Shown here piece by piece: positions 12,469 to 22,808 of a DNA stretch of 64,000 nt. The notes beneath the pieces are model-generated. The model was not told the DNA's origin. It saw nothing but the letters and a program-made list of their open reading frames with translations, and ran no database searches. Source of the stretch: Takakia lepidozioides (Eukaryota > Plantae > Bryophyta). The position numbers were made by a program, and so were the translations under genes. The first letter of the stretch is position 1, and every line of letters starts with the position of its first letter. The DNA lies in NCBI GenBank assembly GCA_030704615.1, contig CM060733.1, forward strand, positions 42,098,001-42,162,000, written 5' to 3'.

Positions 12469-13565
12469 TGTTAGAGGACTGTAGGGGACTTAGACACTTA
12501 TACGGGATCTGTAGGGTACCTTAATTTTGCACAGACTGAGACCAACAGGAGCCTTAGGGTGACAGCAGCGCACTGTAGAGGGGGGTACACAGTCGTCACA
12601 GCCCACACAGCCGTCACAGCCGTCACAGTCGTCACAGCCCACAGCCAACAGCCAACACAGCCCGTCACAGTCGTCACAGTCACACAGCCAACACAGCCGT
12701 CACAGTCGTCACAGCCCACACAGCCAACACAGCCGTCACAGTCGTCACAGCCCACACAGCCAACACAGCCCGCACAGTCGTCACAGTCCACACAGCCGGA
12801 CACAGCCGACACAGCCCGGCACAGCACACAGCCAGTCACAGCCCGACACAGCAAACACAGTCGCACAGCCGACACAGCGTCACAGTTTCACACAGCCAGT
12901 CACAGCTTGACACAGCTGTCACGATCATAGGGACACGAAGAGTAGGACAGGGAACGACTGTGGGGGAACAACACCTGCGAAGGGAACATGTTAGTTCACA
13001 GACGACGGTTAGTGAGGGAAACGGTTAGAACCGGGATAGGAAGATAAAGGAAGAAAACGGGGGATGAAGGGGGGATTATATATTGATATATTCGAGGAGG
13101 ACTTCTTAGTAAGGCGGACGAGATCGGAAGCAAAGATGGAGGCACGGTGAAGGAGAGGAAGGAGGAAAGAGGATTAGTAGATGCTTGTTATATGCAAAGC
13201 GTGTGTAGTGATATTGTAGGAGCAGATTAGAGACACAATGGCTTCGGCCTGATACCTGATAAATCATAATCGGATACTTAGCGATACAATCATACTGTGT
13301 GTAGAGAGATCTGAGTGAAGCTGTGGATTGAATGAAAGGGTGAAGAACCGATAGATTGATGAAGCAAACTGATACTTAATTATCAATGGTAGGTAGCTAG
13401 TGAATGCGGAATAGAAAAGGAAACAAAATAGGAACCCCCATGACACTAGCTGTAGGTCATGACTGATTGTTCTGCGCGGGCTGAGTACTTAGAGATTTCC
13501 AACTCTTCTTCTTGGAGTTTCCGCCTCGGATAGCGAAGGGATGGGTGAGTAAAAGCCGCGCGACA
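12469..13565 (+). repeat. 3' LTR of Gypsy-A copy 1 (about 1.1 kb; CACAGC-rich array at about 12587-12920)
   Basis: TGTTAG...GCGCGACA; similarity to 60667-61651 stops right after this CA. Confidence 0.9.
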
Positions 13566-13990
13566 GAAGAAACATGTAGAGCCTACACTTCCTGCCAGAA
13601 GAATGTCCCGTCTTTGCGGAGGGCGACTGTGCATGACGAGCCCGGTGAGGGACTAGTCCTCTAGTTATGCAGCTAAAAAGCAAATACAGCGATTAGAAGA
13701 AGTGAGAATACCAGTAGAAGTAGAAGAGATTGGAGAGGCTAGGGGAGGACAGAAGGATAAGGAAAGAGTGGGCAGCAGCTCAGACAGGTAGACGGGTACC
13801 GAAAGTACCTATGTGTGATTCAGCGGATGGAGACGACGCAGACAGGGAGGCGACGACCAACGCACGGTGAGATGGACCAGTTCCCAAGGGGAAGAAGATG
13901 GGATTTTCGAAAAGCCTGGCCAACGAGCATTCGCTGGAGATGAGAAAGGCACTGCGGGGGTGGCAGCGGCACATGGACAGTTAGAAAAGG
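13566..13990 (+). pseudogene. Degraded last exon of the ParB-MTase gene of element 2, interrupted upstream by Gypsy-A copy 1
   Basis: With frameshifts it reads FAEGD.MTSPVRD..SYAAK...DSADGDD...VRWT.VPKG.DGIFEK, matching MPSPEREYILPTYAAR...DSAEES...VRWTVPQGEDGIFER in ORF 27915-28292. Confidence 0.65.
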
Positions 13991-14157
13991 ATGAGGATCG
14001 GATTGATTTTCAGATAATAGAATTTTAATGAAGTCTCTGTAAATGTAAATTCTCTTCCAGAGTATATAAAGGAAAATTATGCCAGACATTCGTGCCACTT
14101 CCAGTTCATTCCAGCCACACAATCGCTCAAACCACGACGATCCACAAAAATCAGAAG

Positions 14158-14851
14158 AAATGGGGCACCGCATTTCCAGATTTTGGCAACTCTAAGAACC
14201 TCTTTGGAAATGCGGCACCGCATTTCCAAAACGGGGAGGGACTAATTTTCCATTTCATGTTTGGCATAGAAAAGTAATCTGAATTGGAAATGCGGTGCCG
14301 CATTCCAAAATTTCCTTTGTCCACCGCCAGTTTTGGCCTCTCCCGCTCATTGCATGGATGCCACCACGCTTACAGAGGTCGAACAATGATGTCGAACAAG
14401 GAGGTCGAGATGGCGGAATTGAAAATGCGGTGCCGCATTTCAGTATTGGGGATGGTCGTTGTTGAACTGCAGGCCCATCAGCAAAAATGCGCACCGCATT
14501 CCATTGTTAAAAAAAAGTCGATGACGGACATGGAAATGCGGCGCCGCATTTCCAGAACGGACATCGCACTTTGTCCATTTGCCAGACCCCTCTCGGAAAT
14601 GCGGTACGCATTCCATCGCGCTGGTCGGAAATGTCACACTTTTCGGAAGTGTGTAGTATGAAATGCGGCACCGCATTCCCCTGTCCAAAAAGAGGTCTCC
14701 ATTGCCAAGCTGGAAATGCGGCTCGCCGCATTTGCAATGGCCAACCTCGGTTTCCTGACCAATTTTATAGACCCTTGTTGGTATTTCGTGTACCTGGACT
14801 GAAATGATGCACCGCATTTCGATGTCCGACATGAAATGCTGCCCGCATTTC
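14158..14851. repeat. About 11 dispersed copies of the palindrome GGAAATGCGGCGCCGCATTTCC
   Basis: Perfect 24-bp palindrome at 14531-14554; degenerate copies near 14158, 14206, 14286, 14422, 14484, 14595, 14660, 14712, 14800 and 14833. Confidence 0.85.
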
Positions 14852-15049
14852 AATGTCCAACATGGCGTTACTCTGGTATATTCTTGACACATGACTCCAT
14901 ACCGGTTACTGCTATATTCATCCGGACAGACACATTGTAGAAATGAGACATCAAATTGTAAACAGTGGGCCAATTCCGACAGTTATTCACAGAATGAAAC
15001 ATCATACAGAGTGAGGTACGATGGGTTTATTGATCGACCACGATGTCTC

Positions 15050-15900
15050 ACATTTACCAACTGCAGACAAAACTAAAGCCCTTCCTCCTTCTACATGGCT
15101 TCATCACCAAGTCGACGGAACTTCGATACCCCTCAAAACAAGCTCATCACTGCTGCGGCACCTCGAGGTCATTGCAATATCGGTCGTCTGCTGCCTTGCT
15201 GGAGCCGACGACAATGTCATGTCCATCAATGATACCACCATCATACATGGACAAGGTCACTGTGGGCCTCATGTGCCCGTTCGATTCGTCTTCGCAACTC
15301 AGCCGAATGTCTCCATACACTGGAAGAGCGGAGTGATCTCACGTATATAGTTTTCCCCGGTGCCGTCCTCCCTGGTCCACTGGCAGCAGTTCCAGCGCCA
15401 AAAGCGAGGCCATGCGTGATCTATCCGCATCCCTTTCCAGCTTGGTATATCGAGGTCAACAATTTTCAGGACCCACGGACCGCATTGACCCTCGCCCTCA
15501 CCTCGCTCAAAGCGGTAATAGCCCTCCAAATACTTCATTGCGCGCAAAGACTCTTGCTTATTCCAGCAGCGTCTGTGAAAACGAGAGCCAGACAATGATG
15601 TCTCCTGATTCTGGTGTGAACATAGCATAATCGTGGCCATGATAAGGGCAGTCGGCTGGATTTCGGCGGCACGACATCCTTGAAAAAGAGTAGCGGAGTA
15701 CGCTCAATGACAGCAGCTCCGGATGGAGGAGGAGCAACCGTCGTTTGCTGGAAAAGTTCAAGCTAACGCTGCAATTCCTCACAAACACTCAGGGCACATT
15801 TAAATTTCTCCCCCTACAGGATCTTGGCCCGATGAAGATTGGCTGCTGCATGAATGTAGCCGTTTCAGTTCCTACCCTTCCATGCAAACTATGGGCAGTC
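15050..15900 (-). pseudogene. Cargo gene remnant of unknown function (paralog a); limits approximate
   Basis: ORF 15299-15640 YLEGYYRFERG..PWVLKIVDLDIPSW..RWNCCQWT is similar to ORF 16232-16684. Confidence 0.5.
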
Positions 15901-16029
15901 ACTGCCAGGTGGGCCGATAAGCCACTGGACACGACGAAGTCCATCCCCTCTTCGATGTAAATGCGGCGCCGAATTTCCATCCAGGGGATGGACTTCAGTG
16001 GCAGATCTCAAAAACTATAACTTGTTGAT

Positions 16030-16790
16030 GAGAAAGATGTATGGGTTCATCCCTGCTGGCGTGATGAACACGTTCCACCTTCCGTCGGTTGGTACGTGGG
16101 ACCCAGATGCTCCATTATTGGAGGCGGACTGCTCTTCCGCTTCGCATCATTTCCAAAATCTAAGGGCTTCGTAGCTATCCGCAAGTCATCGGCATCCATT
16201 CGTCCTCAGGTCCTCCTTTTGCAAGGATGCCGTGCTTCCGGACCGGGACGACTGCCCATTTTGGAGGCATCGATTATGCAATGTATTCGGCCACATCGGG
16301 AGACATTGTTATCTGGTACACAGATTACACAGAAGATACTGGTTCGATTGTGGAAACATTGGTGGCTTTGAGTATATCGTAGGCCACTACGCCTTCGAGC
16401 AGGGTGACGATCTTGGTCTGAGGAGTCCGTGGCTCCTGCGCATCCTCGATTCCGATTTTCCCAGCTACGACGGTCACCCATGCAGAAGAAGGTGCACTGC
16501 TATGCTGTTGCGGTGGAACTGCTGCCACTGGACGTGGGTGGACTCCATCGGAGAGACCTATTCTCCTGAAGGAGTGCGCTCCTCTTCTCCATTGTATGGG
16601 GACATTCGCATTAGTGTGGACGACGAAAACGTGAAGATTTCCATATTCGATGGTGGTATGATTGAAGGGCAGACATTGTGGTGAACATCACTAGGGGCGG
16701 TACAACGGCTGCAATCGACTTTACATGGAGGAGCCCCATGACTCATGAGCTAGTTCTGAGAGCAGTTGAAGTCCCATTGACAACGTGACT
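16030..16790 (+). pseudogene. Cargo gene remnant of unknown function (paralog b); limits approximate
   Basis: ORF 16232-16684 YIVGHYAFEQG..PWLLRILDSDFPSY..RWNCCHWT..YGDIRIS. Confidence 0.5.
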
Positions 16791-17232
16791 TGTATTCAGT
16801 AGGCACAGGGCTCAAGATTTGATGGCACAATCAGCACAATAGACGTGCTTCAAATGCAATTCATGTGGATCAATAAAAACCTCATTGTGCCCTCTTTTAT
16901 TCTATTATTCTGTGTCCATCGTTCCGAGAATGCTTCATTGCTCATTTCGTTTGGGATTGGGAGTGTGGGTGGATTTTGCAAGTGGCTGGTAGGCTGAAAT
17001 GGGCCCCCATTGTACAGAGCAGTACCACCCTACCATTCGCGAAACATTGCCTTTCAATATATAATTCTAAATAAATTGCCGAACCTCCTTCATCGGAGGT
17101 CCTTCTCCCCTATGACCGTGGCACCCTAAACCCTATTCCCGGTATTGCTGCTGCTCATGTTTTTTCCACACTTACGACTCTGCTCATGGCTCATGCCGCT
17201 CATGGCTCATGGCTCATGAAATAGCAGCCCCC

Positions 17233-20200
17233 CTAAATTCTTTCCAAGCCAAATCCAACATGATGGGAATTTGGTTGAAGGGCATAATCATAGCCCTACT
17301 GTACTCCCTTGCAGCTGGAGTTTTAGGTGGGTTAAAAGCGGCATTGCCCCATACCTCCGGTTGTGGTGGCTGTGGTGTGGTTGTAGTAACCACACGGTTC
17401 ACTACTCTGGTACAGTGACTTTGTTGTGGTGGTGGTGTACTGGCTCTTGTATCATTGGCATCTCCTGCACTCCTGTGAAGACTGAAAAGCCAAAGTTCTG
17501 GCTTGTAAATATGAAGCCATTAGCTGTTCCTGAGGATATAGACTCTTTTGTCGATGTTTGAAGTGAGGTCTTCCACTTGAGTCTGCAGTCCGTCTACATC
17601 CTCTTGTAACTCTGCTATCCTACTATAGACATTGTCTATAGTAGTTGTGGCAATATTCTGCACCTGCAGCCTGAAGCTCATCATCTCGCTTTGGGTGAGC
17701 TTTCGTGTGCTTTGCCCTCTACTGCTTTTGTGCTAACAGACCTGCATAAGGCTGTTATCCACCAATTGCTTGTGGTTCCCCTGAGAGTTTGCTCCTCTCT
17801 TAGCTTGTACAATTCCAACTGCTGTTGTAAAGCCTCCATGCTTCGCCTGAGGTTGAAACCAATGCGCATAAGCAGCAAGTAGATTATTGGCTTCCTTCCA
17901 AGCCTTGTTATTGACGCGATTTCATTTCTATTGGCCATGATGGTTTGGTTGCAACTCCACGATGTGCTTCTCTTGATCAGCTTCAATCTGCCTGTATTGC
18001 TTGAAAGTATCTTCATTGCGACAGATTGTATTCTTCATATCGACAATGAGCTTCATTTGCTCAACATTCTCTTCTTCTTGCCCCGAGATCACTTTCTTCT
18101 CGCCTTGTACATTTTTTCCGCTTGCTGTTTATTTCTTTTGTAGATTGGTCAAGCATAGTTGTGAATGTAGCACATTGTATCGCCATCCTGTTTATGCACT
18201 GTCTGCAACTCCGTATGTAGTGCATTCAGTTTTTGCAACTTGCTTTCATGCTGCACCTGCATTGGTATAGCTGTTGCTTATGTGCTTCGTGCAACTGGTC
18301 TTGCGCGAGGCCTGCCTCAATCAATTGTTCCTTGCCAATTGCAAAGCCATTTCTGTGTTTCCCAAGTCCTGCTTCATTTTGAGAGTGACCTCTTCATCGA
18401 CCTTGTTTGCACCACTCAGTGGCTAGTCGAGCCTCAAACTCCTTCCTGAGTTCCTCTCTCAAGGCTGTCAATTGGGTAATTGGAACATGGATTTGACATA
18501 AGTCCCCAACAAATTAAGTGTCCTACCTATGGAACTCATCAGCATTGCCTGTTGAGGGTCATCATGGTGAGGTTGCTGCTCTTCTCCTCCTGATCTTCAA
18601 CAGTGTGATGTCTCACGAACCATTCAGGCCATTGTCCCACCGGATTTTCTTCCTGAACTACTTCATCTATCATCCCGTGCTACAGTGTCATGACCTTCCG
18701 CCTGTGGTACCTCCGACACAGGTGTGTGTATTATATGCACCTCAGGATTTCCCTTGGGCAACTGTTGCACCTCTGGATCTCTGTCTCCTTGACCATACCA
18801 GAATATTCATAGAGAGGTCCCCCTTCTCCATTTCTGCCACTATCTGTTCTGTAGTTGGAATATCTAACCCTTCTCTTTCCAAATCAATTATTTCTGGTTG
18901 AGCTGCATGGATCCTTGGCCTTGTGACAAGTCGATTAGCTGGCTGTGGTGGTTGTGATACAGAAGTAACTTCCTCCTCCCTCTCTGAAGGTCCTGCTTCC
19001 AGTAATAGCATTTCTCTGTGCTGCTGTGCCCCTTCCTGACCATGAGCTTGGGAACATTATCATGCGGAGTCCGTGAAGCCAGTGGATCCGCCACTACAGT
19101 CTTTCCCCGTCTCTGCCTCTTAGTCTCGGGTTGCCCTGCTAGTCCACCCTCACTGTGTGAAGAGCCTTGCTCTTCCATTGCGTTGTTGCTGGCTCAAACA
19201 CTCCCATTTCTTTCTTTCTTGCGCATTAAGTATGCCAGAATCAAGGATTATTTGAGCAATGATTGGGCCAGACACTATGATAGGAGACTTTGCGGTAGTA
19301 CTTGTAATCTTTTCATCTCCTCCACCAAGTGCGTTGTACATTATGTCCGCCCATTGTACCTCTTGTCCTTCAGGCCTTTGAGTATTCCTCCGTGAAGGAT
19401 CTGCTCAAATATTGTTGGTTCTGTTTCATGGCAATCAGAACGTTCAATACCGGCCTACCTCTTTTAACCCTGGGTACACGGCCTTGGTACAAGCATAACC
19501 CTGAGTTTTTAAGAAACTCCCTTCTTGGAATAAGTCCCTATTTGCAGTCTTGCCCTGTGTTCCTCCACATGCACCTGACCTGCTGGCAATCCGAAACAAT
19601 TGCTGGAGGTATAGGGAGTAATCATTAATTCAACTCCCTTCACCGTTGTTGTTCCTGTCCTTGCTCAAAGTTCTGCAAAAATTGTAACATGTACTGTCTA
19701 TGGTGTAGTGTCCAATCTAGGCTTTTGCAATCCTTTGCATCTCAGCTCCTCCAGTATTTGTATCGCCTGTAGCGTAGCAATCGTTTGTTTCTGCAGAATT
19801 GTGGTGCTCTTCACCCTGATTTCCTCCATTCCTCACTCTCTTCATTTAGACTCACAGAACTGTTTTGGCTGTAACAACTGCAGGAATGCCTGTAGTGCAC
19901 AAAGCATAAACGTTAGTTGCCGCAGAAAGCTATGGGTAATTTCTTGTAAGCCTGCGGGGCTTGCAAGCATCGCTCAAGAGAAAAGCTCCGCTCTGTCCTT
20001 TTCGTGTCTATGCCACTGCGTAAGTAATATTGCGAGCGTATAGTCTGTTAGTTCCTCCATACGTTCCAAGGTATAGCATTGATGGTCTGTCCTGTCGAGA
20101 CGCCCGTTACTCAGAACGACGCCGCTCTTGCGCTCAATTTCCCTCCATTTTCTGATCCTTTCTCTGTTTTCTATTGGCTGTATCCGCTGTGACTGGATTT

Positions 20201-22186
20201 TTAGATTTTATCTTCTTTAGTGGACTCTCCCTGTTGGATAGTCCACTAGGATCACACATGTGACAAGAATTCCGCTTTTCTGTACTTGCCGTTTGTTCCG
20301 TTTCCCTTTTTCCGTACTCATTAATGGGCCCCGCCTTTCATCCCTTTTGACGCCGTTCTTGTCCTCTTTCTTTTTGACACCTGTTCTTGCACTTTCTTCT
20401 CGGCTGTGTGTCGCGCCCTGACCTCCAAGTGTTTATTTTAAAGTAATTTCCGTTTTCTCTTCCGTCAGCCATTTTCCTGAAGTTATTATGCGTCCACTTG
20501 TCACTGATTCTATGGATCGTGTAACTTTAGTAGGCTGTGTTGAGCTGTGACAGCTGTGTCATACTGTGTTACGCTGTGATAGGCTATGATGCACTGTGTA
20601 AGCTGTGATAGGCTGTGACACGTTGTGGTAGGTTGTGATAGGCTGTGTTGCGCCGTGCTGGGCTGTGATAGGCTGTGTCACGTCGTGATGGGCTGTGATA
20701 GGCTTGTTGCGCCGTGCTGGGCTGTGATAGGCTGTGTCACGTTGTTTTTGCCCACCCTGGTCATATATGCTGGCCTAGCGACAAGTGCTCCATACTCCGT
20801 TCTTACACTGGTGCATCCCGTGACTGCTCTTGGCGTTCAACATGCAAATCATGTTGGCAAGGGTTTGTCATGGATACCACTGTACCCCTTCAACTTATTT
20901 GCATTGACTCTTCCCAGCCTTTCTTTGTTAATGGTTTGTAACATGGCGGTGTTGTTATCATACATTTTTTGTATGACATAAGGTCCTTTCCATGGTGATT
21001 TAAGCTTGAAGCTTGAATCTTTCCTTTCTTCTGCAACCATAGAACCAAATCCCCCGTCTTAAAAGTTCTTTAACTTGCCTTCATCAAACTGTTCCTTTCG
21101 CTTCATCTGAATTCTGGTCAATTATCAGCTGCATCAGCACGTACTTCTTCCACATGGTATAATCATGTTTCCTGACCTTGATGGAGTCTTGCAATTCCAT
21201 TCTCTTCCCCACTCCGTTCTCATGGTAGGTAACAGGAATTCCACTGGAAGTAAGGCTTCCATACATAACTAATTGGAATGGTGTATACTTAGTGGTGACT
21301 TTATATGAAGTCCTGTATGACCACAAAGCTGTCAGCAGCTTCGTATCCCAATCCATTCTGTTTGCATTGACTATCTTAGCCAAGATAGTACATAGTATTT
21401 TGTTGGTAGCCTCTGCTTGCCCTTACCCCTGTGGGTAATATGTTGTACTCTTTCTATGCACAATCATAAACTCTTTAGTCAACAACTCATGGTCTCATTC
21501 ATGAAGTGACTTCCTTGATCACTGATAAATTCTAAGGGACAGCCAATCGTGTAAGTATGTTCTCGTTACAGGAACCTTGCTGTGACTTGGCTGTGTTGTC
21601 CCTCAAAGCTTGACTTCCACCCACTTTGTAGTATAATCATGGCTGTAATTTGTACCTTTTCGTGTATTCTTGGATGGTGGGTTAATTGGTCCAACAAAGT
21701 CTAGTCCCCATTTTCTGAATGGTTCCGTAGGCATTGTAGGATGCAAGGCCATCCTTCCAGATCTCTGCAAAGGTCCTAGCCTCTGACATTCATCACACTT
21801 CTGACAATACTCGTGTACATCTTTGAACAAAGTAAGTCCACCAGTATCCTGCGAGTAGTATCTTTCTACTGGTAGTCTCTTCTCCCAAAATGACCTCCCG
21901 CCACTCCTTTATGAACTTCCGCCAGAACTTCTTTATTCACTTCATGGTGGTACAACATCGTTTAGTACTCCATCAGGTCCTAACTTATACATTCTGCTTC
22001 CTACCATAGTATAAGGTAAGCTTTGATAACGATTCTCTTCCTCTGCTCCTACCATAACTAGGTGGGCACTGACCATGAACAAGGTAGTATCTGATTGGCC
22101 ACTGCCAATCTAACCAGTCATCTGCACTTCCCTGCACCTCCACTGCAAAGAGACTCGCATCTGGTATTGATCATCTTCCTGTGGCT
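17233..22186 (-). mobile_element. Gypsy-A copy 2, reverse strand, internal fragment (integrase to extension), many indels
   Basis: Reverse complement matches about 6530-11489; cut by element 2 on the left and the N gap on the right. Confidence 0.95.
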
Positions 22187-22686
22187 NNNNNNNNNNNNNN
22201 NNNNNNNNNNNNNNNNNNNNNNNNNNNNNNNNNNNNNNNNNNNNNNNNNNNNNNNNNNNNNNNNNNNNNNNNNNNNNNNNNNNNNNNNNNNNNNNNNNNN
22301 NNNNNNNNNNNNNNNNNNNNNNNNNNNNNNNNNNNNNNNNNNNNNNNNNNNNNNNNNNNNNNNNNNNNNNNNNNNNNNNNNNNNNNNNNNNNNNNNNNNN
22401 NNNNNNNNNNNNNNNNNNNNNNNNNNNNNNNNNNNNNNNNNNNNNNNNNNNNNNNNNNNNNNNNNNNNNNNNNNNNNNNNNNNNNNNNNNNNNNNNNNNN
22501 NNNNNNNNNNNNNNNNNNNNNNNNNNNNNNNNNNNNNNNNNNNNNNNNNNNNNNNNNNNNNNNNNNNNNNNNNNNNNNNNNNNNNNNNNNNNNNNNNNNN
22601 NNNNNNNNNNNNNNNNNNNNNNNNNNNNNNNNNNNNNNNNNNNNNNNNNNNNNNNNNNNNNNNNNNNNNNNNNNNNNNNNNNNNNN
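22187..22686. other. Assembly gap (500 N)
   Basis: Run of N of round length. Confidence 1.
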
Positions 22687-22753
22687 CAGGCGCGCGCATC
22701 AAAGCGAGTAACTATGACTTGAAGGGGAGTTTACCGAAGTGAGGTGCGCGACA
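22687..22753 (+). repeat. 3' end of the chromovirus 5' LTR
   Basis: Matches 47279-47345 and ends in CA. Confidence 0.9.
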
Positions 22754-22755
22754 TT

Positions 22756-22767
22756 TGGTATCAGAGC
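22756..22767 (+). other. Primer-binding site for initiator tRNA-Met
   Basis: TGGTATCAGAGC two bases after the LTR end. Confidence 0.95.
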
Positions 22768-22808
22768 TTAGAGTTCAGTACGCGATCGTCCTTGGGATTG
22801 GCCTCATC

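Larger units (their letters stand above)
1552..13565 (+). mobile_element. Ty3/Gypsy LTR retrotransposon family A (non-chromovirus, Athila/Phygy-like), copy 1; 5' LTR not in the window
   Basis: Order gag-PR-RT-RH-INT, then a long extension, PPT and LTR; highly similar to 47523-61651. No chromodomain and no extra RNase H seen. Confidence 0.95.
13566..17232. mobile_element. Terminal 3.7 kb of a second relative (element 2) of the MTase-carrying MULE family, opposite in orientation to the complete element
   Basis: Reverse complement of 17212-17232 (GGGGGCTGCTATTTCATGAGC) matches the left TIR at 27694 in 20/21 nt. It has subterminal GCTCAT repeats, and Gypsy-A reverse sequence begins at 17233. Confidence 0.8.

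Noticed and set aside
12498-12930. Cys/Thr-rich ORFs in the LTR
   Set aside because: Translations of the CACAGC microsatellite; frame not conserved in the other LTR
17124-17135. Interstitial telomere repeat (CCCTAAACCCTA)
   Set aside because: Under two units; part of the element's subterminal sequence
22095-22742. ORFs spanning the N run
   Set aside because: Artefacts of the gap
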